This document shows, in pieces, positions 1 through 10,509 of a stretch of 64,000 nucleotides of DNA; within the stretch, counting starts at the first letter, position 1; each line of letters opens with the position of its first letter. The stretch is from Acidobacteriota bacterium (GTDB taxonomy: Bacteria; Acidobacteriota; Terriglobia; Bryobacterales; UBA6623), in assembly GCA_027592785.1 (NCBI GenBank), contig JAQCLD010000008.1, positions 3,955 to 67,954 of the forward strand. The letters run 5' to 3'. Below the pieces are notes generated by a model. The model ran no database searches. It had not been told where the DNA came from and worked only from the letters and a program-made list of their open reading frames with translations. The translations under genes were made by a program, and so were the position numbers.

Positions 1-364
1 AGCCCTCTTGCGCGAGATAGTCGCGCAGCTGTTGCGCGTTGGTCGTCTCCAGGCCAATCTGGATCAGCTTGTCGTCGTCTTCGTTGTTGAGCGTCGGGCT
101 CAACTCGATGAACTGCGTGTCGTTGACCTTGAAGGCCAACATGTCGCCTGCGACTCCAGGTCGCGTGTGCTGGAAGGCTTCCTCGTACCCGAGGTACGTG
201 CCGTAGAAAGTTCTCGCCTCTTCCACGCTGCCGGTCGTCACCACAAAATTGGCGATGCCGACGATGGCGGGACGCTCGACGCGCGCGGCAGGTTCTTCAG
301 CCGGAGGGGCCGAGCACTGCCAGGACAGGCCAACGACGAAGACGGTCAACAGGGCTTTCTTCAC
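1..364 (-). CDS. VOC/glyoxalase-family exported protein or lipoprotein (runs off the window edge)
   Basis: Not in the ORF track. Manual translation from GTG at 364, which overlaps the TGA of the DUF1501 gene: MKKALLTVFVVGLSWQC...IVGIANFVVTTGSVEEARTFYGTYLGYEE...FKVNDTQFIEL, a VOC-like pattern. Confidence 0.65.
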   Translation of the reverse strand, partial: MKKALLTVFVVGLSWQCSAPPAEEPAARVERPAIVGIANFVVTTGSVEEARTFYGTYLGYEEAFQHTRPGVAGDMLAFKVNDTQFIELSPTLNNEDDDKLIQIGLETTNAQQLRDYLAQEG

Positions 365-1770
365 GCAATAATCTCCTTGAGTACGCGAGCGGGGTTGACC
401 CCGATCAGCGTTTCCACACGGCCGTCGTAATCATAAGTCAGCTTGCGCACGTCGATGCCCATCAGGTGCAAGATCGTGGCGTGCATGTCGCTGTGCGACA
501 CGGGATTCTCGACCGCCTCATATCCGATATCGTCCGTGGCGCCGTAAATCGTGCCGCCCTTGATGCCGCCGCCGGCCATCCACACGCTAAATCCTTTGGG
601 ATTGTGGTCACGTCCCGTGCCGCCTTCCGTCGTCGGCAGACGGCCGAACTCGCCGCCCCATACGATGAGCGTTGAATCCAGCAGGCCGCGCTGCTTCAAG
701 TCCTTGATCAGACCAGCAATTGGGATATCCGTTTGCGCCATGCTCTTGGTGATCAGCGGCACGATGTTTGAGTGGTGATCCCAACCTTGTTTGGTGATCT
801 GTACGAAGCGCACGCCGCCTTCCACCAGGCGCCGCGCCAGCAGGCAACGCCGGCCGAACTTTTCGGTCACCTCGTTGTCCATGCCGTAGAGCTTCTTGGT
901 GTCTTCGCTCTCTTGCGAAAAGTCGACCAGATCCATCGCCGCAACCTGCATGCGCGCGGCGAGTTCGTAGTTAGCGATACGCGTATCCAGTTCCAGCAGT
1001 TCCGGGTGCTGGTCGCGGCTGAGTTGATTCAGGCCCTTGACCATATCAATGACGCTGCGCTCGTCCATCTCCGAGAGCGACTCGGGGCGTTGCAAGTCCG
1101 GTATCGGAACCCGTTCGAGTTCCATCAACGTTCCGGCGTATGTCGGCGGCAGCCAGCCTGAAGTCCACGCCCGTGCGCCGATCAGCGCATCGCCGTCCTT
1201 CAACGCGACATAGCCCGGCATGTTGCTGTTTTCCGTGCCTAGTCCGTAGGCCACCCAGGAACCGATCGAGGGAAAGCTGCTGGCATTGCGTCCGGTTGTG
1301 TAGTGGTACTGCGCCGTATCGTGATCGATTCGCTCGGTAACGCCCGAGCGGATCACCGCCAGTTCGTCAACAACAGTCGATAGCCCCGGAAGCAAGTCCG
1401 AGACTGGAATGCCGGACTGCCCATGCTGCTTGAACTTGAACGGGCTGGCCATCAACTTGGGTTTGTCGACGTCTCGTCTCGAAACCACCGCGGTCGGCGG
1501 CGCCTGGCCGTCATGCGAATCTAGATACGGCTTGGGGTCGAGCAGATCCATCTGGCTCGGCCCGCCGGGCATGAACAAAAAGATGACCGATTTCGCTTTG
1601 GGCGCGAAGTGCGGCTGCCGCGGCAATAAATCGAACGGCGTCCTTCCGTCCGAGGCCAGCAGCGGATTCTCGTGCAGCATGTGACCCAGCAGCACACTGC
1701 CTAAACCGCCCATGCTGCGGGCGATGATCTCGCGCCGCGTCGGAGGAATGCTGAAGTTCGGTCTACGCAT
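361..1770 (-). CDS. DUF1501 domain protein (sulfatase-like, PVC/Acidobacteria type)
   Basis: TRR leader; AKSVIFLFMPGGPSQMDLLDPKP, WDHH, WGGEFGRLP and GRDHNP motifs; follows a PSD1 gene as is typical. Confidence 0.9.
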   Translation of the reverse strand: MRRPNFSIPPTRREIIARSMGGLGSVLLGHMLHENPLLASDGRTPFDLLPRQPHFAPKAKSVIFLFMPGGPSQMDLLDPKPYLDSHDGQAPPTAVVSRRDVDKPKLMASPFKFKQHGQSGIPVSDLLPGLSTVVDELAVIRSGVTERIDHDTAQYHYTTGRNASSFPSIGSWVAYGLGTENSNMPGYVALKDGDALIGARAWTSGWLPPTYAGTLMELERVPIPDLQRPESLSEMDERSVIDMVKGLNQLSRDQHPELLELDTRIANYELAARMQVAAMDLVDFSQESEDTKKLYGMDNEVTEKFGRRCLLARRLVEGGVRFVQITKQGWDHHSNIVPLITKSMAQTDIPIAGLIKDLKQRGLLDSTLIVWGGEFGRLPTTEGGTGRDHNPKGFSVWMAGGGIKGGTIYGATDDIGYEAVENPVSHSDMHATILHLMGIDVRKLTYDYDGRVETLIGVNPARVLKEIIA

Positions 1771-1785
1771 CTTGGGTGCTCGCGT

Positions 1786-4425
1786 CTAATCGATGTAAAG
1801 GAAGTCGCTGGAGCCGAGCAAAGCCTGGCAGAACAGTCGGAATCCTTTGTCTTTGTCTTCTTGTTTCTCGATCTGGCCGAATCCGAAGGCGATCTCTGCC
1901 TCCGTAGCCGGCCGTGCATAGACCAGTTCAATCGCTCTGCGGATCTTCCCTACGGAATCGTTTCCCGTCTCGACGCTGGCGCGCTCCGCTAAGTTCTGCG
2001 AGGCCATCATCATCAACGGATTGTGCAGCGACGACAGCGCCTGCTTGGGTACCGCCGAACGGAAGCGTACCGAGACATTGGTATCCATCAGCGGCTGATC
2101 GAAAGCTTCTAGGAAGCCCGCCGCCGCAAGTCGCCGGATCTGCAAATAGATACTGCGCCGATTCGGATCGCGTTGCGCATCCAACTCGCCCTCGGGCTCC
2201 TCGCACGGCGGCGGAGTGAAGTCGAAGCCGCGCAGGTTCTTGCCGTCGATGCGGCCCGAAGTATCCGGCAGATAGTTGCCGTCCGGGGCCGAGCATAGCG
2301 CGATCGGCTCGCCGTACATTGTTGTGTTGAGCAGGCCGCTCACCTGCAACACCGAGTCACGAACAGCCTCCGCCTCCAACCGCCGCGGCTGCCAACGACT
2401 GTGCAACTTGTTCGGCTCGTCCAGCAGATACTTGGCGTGGTCGGTCTTGGAAGTCTGCCGATACACGTTCGACAACATGATCTGGCGGTGCAGCCACTTC
2501 AGGCTCCAATCGTGCTCGATCAAACCTACCGCCAACCAATCGAGCAACTCAGGATGCGTCGGCGCGGCGCCCTGTGAGCCGAAATCGTCCGGCGTGGCGA
2601 CGATGCCTTCGCCAAAGTGATACTGCCACACGCGATTGGCGATCACCCGCGCCGTCAGCGGATGCTCCGGCCTGGTCAACCATTTCGCGAAAGCCAACCT
2701 GCGGCCAGTCGTCTGCGAACCATCGGGCTGTGCGGGAATCGTGAACGGGTTGTCCGGATCATCCAGAATCACAGGCACACCAGGTTCGACCACTTCTCCC
2801 GGTGCCTCGTAGCTGCCGCGGATGAGCACACGCGTCAGATTCGGCTCCGTCGTGACGTCCCAGGCGGCCCAAACCAGCTCCGGCTTAGCCGCGGCGGCTT
2901 TCGCGGCGTTCTCTTCGGCCTGCTTCTGCAACTCCGCTAATTCCGGCGAGTATTCGGAGAGCTCGTCGTTGGAAATCTCAAACTTGCCGGATTCCTGGCT
3001 GAAAAGCTCTGCCTGCTCTTCGGTCCGATCTCCAGCGGCGATATCGGCGATCTCTAACATCTGCGACCGCAGCGGCTCAGCCAAAGTCTGGAGCTGTTCC
3101 TTCAGCCAGTTGCCCTTGACCTCGTTGCGTTTCCTGAAGACGTCGCGGAAGCTTGGACCCGCCTCTTGCAGCTCCAGATACCGGTCCATCTCCGCCTGCG
3201 TCGCGTTGGGCACAAAGCGCGCCGGCCAGGCGCCGGAGCCGATGTTCGCGGGCAACCAGTGCGAGTCCTTCGGCGGGAATGTCGGGTCCGGATCGTAGAC
3301 CGACTGATAGATGCCCATGATCCGGTAGTAGTCCTTTTGCAGGAATGGGTCGAACTTATGATCGTGGCAGCGGAAGCAGTTGATGTTGATGCCCATCAGC
3401 GCCTTCGTCGTAACTTCCGTCATGCCCAAGAAGGCGTCCCACTGCTTGTCGATCTAGTAAATCGTCTGGTTGTCGGTTCCATCCGCCGGCAGACGCAAAA
3501 AGCCCGTAGCCTGCAGGTTCTCGATGGCTTCAGCAGACAGCCGCTCGCCCATCTTCCAGTCCACGATCTGATCGCCCGCGATCTGGTGCACCAAGAACTC
3601 GTCATAGGGCATGTCCTTGTTCAACGCCTTGATGACCCAATCGCGGTATTGCCAAGAATGCGTGCGCGGCTCGTCGCCCAAGAAACCGTTGCCGTCGGCA
3701 TAGCCGGCGACGTCCATCCAATGCCGCGCCCAGCGCTCGCCGTACGCGGACGAGTCAAGCAGCCGGTCGACCAAGTCCTCGTAAGCGCGGGCCGAGCCGT
3801 CTTTCACGAAGGCTTGCACCTGTTCCGGCGTCGGCGGCAGACCAGTTAGATCCAAGTAGGCACGGCGGATCAGCGTCTCGCGGTCCGCCTCTGGATTGAG
3901 ACTCGTTCCAATCGCTTCCAGCTTCTTGAGAATGAAGGCGTCAATCGGCGTGCGCAACTGAGCGATGTGCGCGACCTGCGGTGCGGCGCGTTTCACCGGA
4001 CGCTGGAACGACCAATAGCTCTTGGCCCGCTCGCGGACCTGCTGCGCCTTGGCAGCGTCATCCGCAATCGAGTCAGTCGTTGGGAATTGGCCGTTTGTAA
4101 TCCACTCGCGGATCAGGCTCTTTTCAACGTCAGTCAGCGGATCGCCGCTCATCGGCATGGCGTCCGAAGCAATCTTTTCCCACAACACGCTGCTCTCAGG
4201 ATGCCCGGGCGAGATCGCCGGACCGTTGCTGCTGCCCTTCATCACCGCTTCGAGCGTGCGCAGGTCCAGGCCCCCAGACGCTTGTGCTCCGTGGCAAGCG
4301 ATGCAGCGCTGCTCCATGACTGGCAGCACATCGTGTTGAAATGTCGGAGTGGCAGCGGTGAGCGTGCCGTACGAAACGGCAAGTAGGACGAAACTCAACG
4401 AGGCCGCGCGTAGCGGTCGCTTCAT
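1786..4425 (-). pseudogene. Planctomycete cytochrome c + DUF1549/DUF1553 (PSD1) protein interrupted by one in-frame TAG at 3454-3456
   Basis: ORFs 3454..4425 and 1786..3429 share a frame (NQTIY*IDKQWDAFLGMTEV); CIACHG heme motif, YGERWARHWMDVAGY, CFRCHDHKFDP, PTHPELLDWLA. Confidence 0.85.
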
Positions 4426-4516
4426 GGTGTGGCTATTATAGTGCGGGGTGGTAATAAAATCAGTAACTTGGCCGAATCGTCACCCGTTGGTAAGTCCGTT
4501 TTGACACGCTAAAGAA

Positions 4517-5521
4517 ATGCGCAACCGCAGGACATGGATTGCTCGAACCGCGATAGCCACGGCTTTCCTCGCGGCGCTGGCCTGGATGGCCACAGCCCAG
4601 ACCGGCGTCCCGGCCGGCCATTGGTATAAGGGCAACCTACACACCCACACCATCAATAGCGACGGCGACACTTCTCCCGACGACGTGGTGCGCTGGTACA
4701 AAGAGCACCGCTACGACTTCTTATCGCTTACCGCTCACAACTTCCTTACCGAAACCGGCGGACTCAGCGGCGTGTTTGGCGCCAAAGGCAAATTCCTACT
4801 CCTGCCCGGCGAGGAGGTTACTTCCCGCTACTCCGGCAAGCCCATCCACATCAACGCTTTGGACGTGCGCTCGCTCATCGAGCCTGCTACGGGAACCTCG
4901 GTCGTCGATACGATCCAGCAAAACGTCGACCGCATTCACGCCGCCAACTCCCTGGCCTCGCTCAACCATCCGAACTTCGGCTGGGCCATCACCACCGACG
5001 AACTACGCCAAGTCAACGGACTCAAACTGTTCGAGGTCTACAACGGACATCCCACCGTTAACAACCAAGGCGGCGGCGGCCAGCCAGGCCTAGAAGAAAT
5101 GTGGGATTCGCTGCTCACCGCCGGCCGGCGTATCCACGGCATCGCCGTGGACGACGCACACCACTTCAAGACACTTGGCCAGGGCTACTCCAACCCGGGC
5201 CGCGGCTGGGTCATGGTCAAGGCCGCGGAGCTCTCCGTCGCTACCGTGCGGGCTGCGCTCGAAAACGGCGACTTCTACGCCTCAACCGGCGTTGTACTTG
5301 AAGACGCCGAGCGGCTGCCCAACGGACTGCGCCTGCGCTTGCCCCAAACTGGAACGACGCGCTTCACAACACAGTTCATCGGCGCCAACGGGGAAGTGCT
5401 GGCGACATCCATCGACGCCGCCCCCGAATACCGCCTCAAGGCCGGCCAGCCCTACGTCCGCGCCGTCGTCACCGACTCCAATGGCTGGCAAGCCTGGGTC
5501 CAGCCTGTCTTCGCCGACTAA
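4517..5521 (+). CDS. Exported PHP-fold metallohydrolase (CehA/McbA-like)
   Basis: Signal peptide; WYKGNLHTHT.NSDG, NHPN and DDAHH motifs. Confidence 0.85.
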   Translation: MRNRRTWIARTAIATAFLAALAWMATAQTGVPAGHWYKGNLHTHTINSDGDTSPDDVVRWYKEHRYDFLSLTAHNFLTETGGLSGVFGAKGKFLLLPGEEVTSRYSGKPIHINALDVRSLIEPATGTSVVDTIQQNVDRIHAANSLASLNHPNFGWAITTDELRQVNGLKLFEVYNGHPTVNNQGGGGQPGLEEMWDSLLTAGRRIHGIAVDDAHHFKTLGQGYSNPGRGWVMVKAAELSVATVRAALENGDFYASTGVVLEDAERLPNGLRLRLPQTGTTRFTTQFIGANGEVLATSIDAAPEYRLKAGQPYVRAVVTDSNGWQAWVQPVFAD

Positions 5522-5615
5522 TCCGAGAACGTTTGAACCTCTTCGTGCCGCGCCGTGACTCACTTGTTGAGGAAATACGAGCAGGTCGACCCTCTGGCAT
5601 TAACATAGGTGGCGA

Positions 5616-5830
5616 ATGGCCGCCTCTGATGTCGCTGGGCCGGACCAAGAAACGCTCTGGGTCCAACAGATCGCGGCAGGGGGCCGCTCTGCCTTCGAGA
5701 GCCTCTACCGCGTTTATCAACCCCGGTTGTATGCGTATACCTACCGCATGCTGACGGATGAAGGAGCGGCTGCAGAGATAACCAACGACGTGATGGTGAC
5801 GGTTTGGAAGCAGGCGGCCCAATTCGAAGG
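5616..5830 (+). pseudogene. Truncated ECF sigma-70 factor (region 2 only)
   Basis: AFESLYRVYQPRLYAYTYRML..AAEITNDVMVTVWKQAAQFEG, then similarity ends abruptly; no region 4. Confidence 0.75.
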
Positions 5831-5985
5831 TGCGCGGAGCGAATCCGGGTGCGCTCCGCATCGCCGCCCAGATCGGCGAGCCGCTCGCTCAATGCACACC
5901 AACATCCGGCACACGCCAGGCCCCTTGGACGGAATGTTCAAGGGGCTTTGCCGCGTTTGCGCCTCGGCCTGGCGAGCGTGGTTCT

Positions 5986-7731
5986 CTACTGCGCCGGATC
6001 CGTCGGAGCCTCAGTCCCGCCATCGTCGTCGGCGGGCGGCTCGGTGGGGGTCTCTTTCTCCTTGACAGTAAAAGTTGCGGAGCCGCTCGTCTGTAAATCT
6101 CCCACTTTGACGCGGATTCGATAACCTTTTGCCGCTGTGTCGTCGCCGACGGTTAGAGTGGCGGTGATTTGCGTATCGCTGTCGACCTTGTCGACTTTTC
6201 CGGCGAGCCCGCTATCGACATCCAGAGTGGCCCCTTCTTTGAAGCCCGTGCCCTTGATCTTGACCGCCACGTCGCCGGCTCCTTGCACAGCATCTGCCGG
6301 GGTCAATTCCGCAGCGATGGTGGGCGGCGTGCGATTGTAGCTGACCGTCGTCGTATGTTTCGTCTCGTTTGCATCTCGCGTGACCGTAAAGGTCAAGTCC
6401 GTGTTGGGAGGAATCGGCGAAGTGGATTTGAGGGTAAAGTTGATCCGCGTATTCGTTGTTTCGCCGACGGCCTCGACGGTCACCCCGTCCGGCCCTGAAA
6501 CAGTTAGTTCAGAGCCTTCGAGGAACCGTCCAACAACCCAGCCGTCGACTTGCGGCGCCGGCTTCTCCCAGTCGGCGGCAGTCGCCTTCAGGACGACTTC
6601 GCTAATCATGGGCGGAACGTCATCCAACTCGGTAATGAAGTGGCCGCTAACCTTTGCATGCATAGGCAAAAAATTTTGCATGCCTCTGTAAGGATCAGTC
6701 CGAAACGCTTTCGCCCGGTACTTGCTCATCAGCATCGATTGCGGCACAAAACCGACCATCACCCGTGCATACTCGTCCGGGATAATGGTGTTCGCTGCAT
6801 AAGCGTTGTCATTCAGGCGATTGAGTTGGTTGAGAGTGTGGTCCGGTATGGCGCCCTTAAGGGCCGTGACGATCGGTCCGTTAAATGCGGCGACGCCGAT
6901 GCCCCACGAAGTGCTCACCGGGTTGGCTACTCCGACAACCGCCCCGGCGATTGCGCCCGTGGCCTCAAGAGCGCGCATGAATACGTTCCGTGGGTGCTGG
7001 CTCTGACCTTGCTCCGCAACGCCGCGCAGCAGCGCCAAGTCGATGGAATGGTACTCGAGGCAAGTGCCGTTATTAGTTATCCCACAATTCTGGAGAGCAA
7101 TTATCCGCTCTTGCAGTTCGTCCGCTGTCGCCTGAGCGTCCAGCTCCTCACCGTCCCGCAACGGCCCTGGGATTCGAGGTATCCGCAGATTGAGGCTATG
7201 GATCAGAAAGTCAAAATCTTCGCTGTTGTTGCCTACCGTGACCTGAAACGCGACAAAGCGGCGCGAGATCCGGCGCCCAAACGTATCTTTGACGGTTTCC
7301 GGGTCAATGACGGCAACGTTCACCTCGATATTTTTGAGGTCCTTGTCGCCCATTGAGGCGGAGCCGCCGAGCAGCATTCTCAGCACGTCGTAGCGCGCCC
7401 GCCCCGCACACCCTGCTTGCGGAGCCTTTCCTCCCAGAACCAAACTGTCGAAACACACCTCAATCTCCGTGGGGTTGGCGGCTAATGGCTCGGCATAGTA
7501 CAGGCGAAGTTGCTGGAGGCTCCCGAACGGAGCCTCCACGCTGCCTATTGCAATAGGAGTCCCGGAACTCTTGATATGAACCGCGCTAGCCGCCGGAGGT
7601 GTGACGTTTTCGTCGAACACAACCTCCAAGTATTCCCTATTCGCAGTCGGGAGAATCTCCCCCAGGGTGGCGCTCCAACCGATCGCTGACAGCGAAACAA
7701 GAAGACCGAGAATCGCTAGTAGCCGATTCAT
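5986..7731 (-). CDS. Secreted hypothetical protein with C-terminal Ig-like (IPT/TIG-like) beta domains and an acidic Pro-rich tail
   Basis: 581-aa ORF with signal peptide; Thr/Val-rich beta pattern (VKIKGTGFKEGATL, TQITATLTV). Confidence 0.7.
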   Translation of the reverse strand: MNRLLAILGLLVSLSAIGWSATLGEILPTANREYLEVVFDENVTPPAASAVHIKSSGTPIAIGSVEAPFGSLQQLRLYYAEPLAANPTEIEVCFDSLVLGGKAPQAGCAGRARYDVLRMLLGGSASMGDKDLKNIEVNVAVIDPETVKDTFGRRISRRFVAFQVTVGNNSEDFDFLIHSLNLRIPRIPGPLRDGEELDAQATADELQERIIALQNCGITNNGTCLEYHSIDLALLRGVAEQGQSQHPRNVFMRALEATGAIAGAVVGVANPVSTSWGIGVAAFNGPIVTALKGAIPDHTLNQLNRLNDNAYAANTIIPDEYARVMVGFVPQSMLMSKYRAKAFRTDPYRGMQNFLPMHAKVSGHFITELDDVPPMISEVVLKATAADWEKPAPQVDGWVVGRFLEGSELTVSGPDGVTVEAVGETTNTRINFTLKSTSPIPPNTDLTFTVTRDANETKHTTTVSYNRTPPTIAAELTPADAVQGAGDVAVKIKGTGFKEGATLDVDSGLAGKVDKVDSDTQITATLTVGDDTAAKGYRIRVKVGDLQTSGSATFTVKEKETPTEPPADDDGGTEAPTDPAQ

Positions 7732-8110
7732 CGTTGTGCTTCCCGCTGCGCGAGCAGCGCGACGTGGACCAACGTGGCGACCAGGCGGATCTTGACGTTG
7801 GCGTCGACGGGAATACCGTTCTGAATCTGCGTTGCAATTTGAGGCAGAAGGAACGCCAGCAGATTCTTGAATGCCGGGATCAGGTCATTCGTGATGCCGA
7901 CTTGTGTGTCGTCGAAGGTTAGGTCGAATAGATTCGGCGGCGTGACCGAAGGAGCCGGCGTCAAATGCACCGTGATTGGGTGCTAATCGTCGCGATGGCC
8001 GTAGCCACCTCCAAGCGGCCGTCCTGAGCCACCCGTTTTTGCTCCAAAGCCTGAATGCTCGCTTCGAGTAAGCGATCTCCGGGGCTGGGTTTGGCGCTCG
8101 ATTTTGCCAT
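7728..8110 (-). CDS. Small hypothetical protein(s): 7961..8110 and 7728..7970, possibly one frameshifted gene
   Basis: GGAGA SD before ATG at 8110; the two ORFs overlap by 10 nt; the second has an ATGA overlap with the 581-aa gene. Confidence 0.45.
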
Positions 8111-8334
8111 AATTATCTCCTCGGGGTGAAATCCCAACCAACATGGGAAAGCATACAGCATGCGATTTTGAAATCAAGCGATTTATTTCAGAAGTGTCTT
8201 TTAAGTGGAACAGAAGCCCCGCTTGGATGTGGTGCAGCCGAGCAACCGCCATCCATGCTGGAGGCCCATAACGTCGATAACGCATGCCTTTGCGGCAGCG
8301 AAGAAAAGGGACTCGATTACGATCAGTTCAGCGA

Positions 8335-9645
8335 TTACGGGCTGCTGCGCAAGCCTACGCCGTAGTACTGAAAACCTGCCTTGGCCATGGTCTTTGGGTC
8401 GTAGAGGTTCCGTCCATCGAAAACGACGGCGTTCTTGAGTTTGCGCTTGAGGTAGTCCAGGTCCGGCGTGCGGAACTCATTCCATTCAGTGAGGATGGCT
8501 AGCGCGTCAGCGCCGTCCGCGGCTTCATAGCGGTCCGGGCAATAAACGATACGGTCTTCGTAGATGGCCCTGACATTCTCTTCGGCAACCGGGTCGTTCA
8601 CCCGGATCATGCCGCCGGCCGCCAGAATCTGGTTGACGAAAACTAAGGCCGGCGCCTCGCGGATATCGTCCGTCTTGGGCTTGAACGACAAGCCCCAAAC
8701 TCCGATCGTCTTCCCTTCGAGCTTGCCGTCGAAGTAGCTGTGCACCTTGCGAAACAAAGTCTCTTTCTGTGCGTCGTTGACCGCGTCGACGCTGCGCAGA
8801 ATGCGCGGCTCCATGCCGTAGGCTTCGGCCAACGAGGCCAGGGCCCGAACGTCTTTCGGGAAGCAGGACCCCCCATAACCGACTCCCGGAAACAGAAACT
8901 GGAAACCGATGCGAGCGTCGAATCCAATGCCCCGGCGGACTTCGTTGATGTCTGCGCCTACCAACTCGGAAAGGTTCGCCATCTCGTTGATGAAACTAAT
9001 TTTGGTCGCCAGCATGCAGTTGGCAACGTACTTGGTCATCTCCGCGCTCTCGGTATCCATCGCCAAGAAAGGATGTTCGGTCCGCAGGAACGGCCGATAG
9101 AGTTCGCGCAATACGTCGATTACGTCTTCGCTGTCGGCGCCGACCACGATGCGGTCCGGCTTGGTGAAGTCGTCGATCGCCGCCCCTTCTTTCAAAAACT
9201 CCGGGTTCGACGCCGTGGGCACGTCGCGGCCGGCGGCCTCCTTGAGCCAGGCGGCGACTTTCCGATTGGTGCCGACCGGAACGGTGCTCTTGACGACGAC
9301 GATGGCGTCCTTCGGCAGATGCGGCCCCATGGTCAGGCAGCAGTCCCGCACGTAGTCCAGATTTGCCGATCCGTCTTCACGCTGCGGCGTACCGACGCAG
9401 ATGAATACGCAGTCGGCATTGGAGACGGCCTTCGCCGGATCGTCAATGAAGCGCAAACGTCCAGCGCGAGTATTGTTCTTGATTAACTCGCTCAGACCCG
9501 GCTCATAAATCGGAACATCGCCGTTCCGCAGCCGAGCGACTTTGTTCGGGTCGTTATCCAGGCAAGTGACGTCGTTTCCTGAGTCCGCCAGGCAGGCGCC
9601 GGTGACCAGACCGACATAACCCGCGCCGATGATGCTGATATTCAC
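8335..9645 (-). CDS. ugd: UDP-glucose 6-dehydrogenase
   Basis: [43 protein letters not shown]. Confidence 0.95.
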   Translation of the reverse strand: MNISIIGAGYVGLVTGACLADSGNDVTCLDNDPNKVARLRNGDVPIYEPGLSELIKNNTRAGRLRFIDDPAKAVSNADCVFICVGTPQREDGSANLDYVRDCCLTMGPHLPKDAIVVVKSTVPVGTNRKVAAWLKEAAGRDVPTASNPEFLKEGAAIDDFTKPDRIVVGADSEDVIDVLRELYRPFLRTEHPFLAMDTESAEMTKYVANCMLATKISFINEMANLSELVGADINEVRRGIGFDARIGFQFLFPGVGYGGSCFPKDVRALASLAEAYGMEPRILRSVDAVNDAQKETLFRKVHSYFDGKLEGKTIGVWGLSFKPKTDDIREAPALVFVNQILAAGGMIRVNDPVAEENVRAIYEDRIVYCPDRYEAADGADALAILTEWNEFRTPDLDYLKRKLKNAVVFDGRNLYDPKTMAKAGFQYYGVGLRSSP

Positions 9646-9789
9646 GCTCTATCTATCTCCAAATCTTCACTCTGGCCCTAATCGTCGCCCGCCGGGGAGG
9701 CCCTCGGGCATCGGGCAAGCACCGCGCCGAGCGGTTCGATTCACCCTAGGCTCATGGTACGATACGCCTTTGTTTCCACACCGATCCCC

Positions 9790-10200
9790 GTGAAACGCGC
9801 AAGCGACATTCTAGCTACCGTCTACCGCCAGGGCGGCGACCCGAAAGAAGCCGATCGGGACCTGATTTTCTGCTATTGGAAACAAGCTGCGGGCGGCCGT
9901 TTGGCGCAAGTGAGCCGCCCGATTCACTTCACTGGCAGTTTGCTCGTCGTCGAAGTCGATTCGCCCGAATGGATTGTCGCGCTGGAAGCCGTCAGGAAGC
10001 GAATCCATGCGAAGTTGAATGCGGCGATCGGCTCGAAAGCCGTAGGCCGTATCATGTTTCGCGCCGCATCGACGCTGCGCAAGCCCGCGGCGAGGGCCGA
10101 GACGGCGGACCCATCCTTGCAGATGGCTGACGGGGTTCGCGACCCTCAACTCAGGCGCCTATATTTGGCTTCGAAACGCACAGCCGAGAAGGGCCGCTGA
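9790..10200 (+). CDS. DciA/DUF721 family protein (alternative start 9754)
   Basis: WKQAAGGRLAQVSRP...LVVEVDSPEW...AKLN pattern. Confidence 0.75.
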   Translation: MKRASDILATVYRQGGDPKEADRDLIFCYWKQAAGGRLAQVSRPIHFTGSLLVVEVDSPEWIVALEAVRKRIHAKLNAAIGSKAVGRIMFRAASTLRKPAARAETADPSLQMADGVRDPQLRRLYLASKRTAEKGR

Positions 10201-10207
10201 ATTCACC

Positions 10208-10507
10208 GTGAAAATTACCGAGAAAGAAGTTCGCAACATCGCCGAATTGGCGCATCTGAACCTAAGCGACGAGGAGATCGTCGCCTACCAGGCAAATCTC
10301 GAAGAGATCCTCAGCTACGTCGACAAGCTCAACGAACTGCCCACGGACGACATCGAGCCTATGGCCCAGGTGCTGTTCGAAGGGGCCGAGCAAGAAGGGC
10401 TCCGCGACGACGTTCTGGAGACGAGCATACCCGTCGATAAAGCCCTCTCAAACGCGCCGCTCTCGGGGGCAGGGCAGTTCAAAGTGCCGCGGGTCTTGGA
10501 GCGTTAG
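10208..10507 (+). CDS. gatC: Asp/Glu-tRNA amidotransferase subunit C
   Basis: MKITEKEVRNIAELAHL...LRDD...FKVPRV; directly upstream of gatA. Confidence 0.95.
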   Translation: MKITEKEVRNIAELAHLNLSDEEIVAYQANLEEILSYVDKLNELPTDDIEPMAQVLFEGAEQEGLRDDVLETSIPVDKALSNAPLSGAGQFKVPRVLER

Positions 10508-10509
10508 CC

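Noticed and set aside
4457-4471. IHF-like site AATCAGTAACTTG (similar near 8172 and 57718)
   Set aside because: The motif is short and degenerate and cannot be supported from sequence alone.
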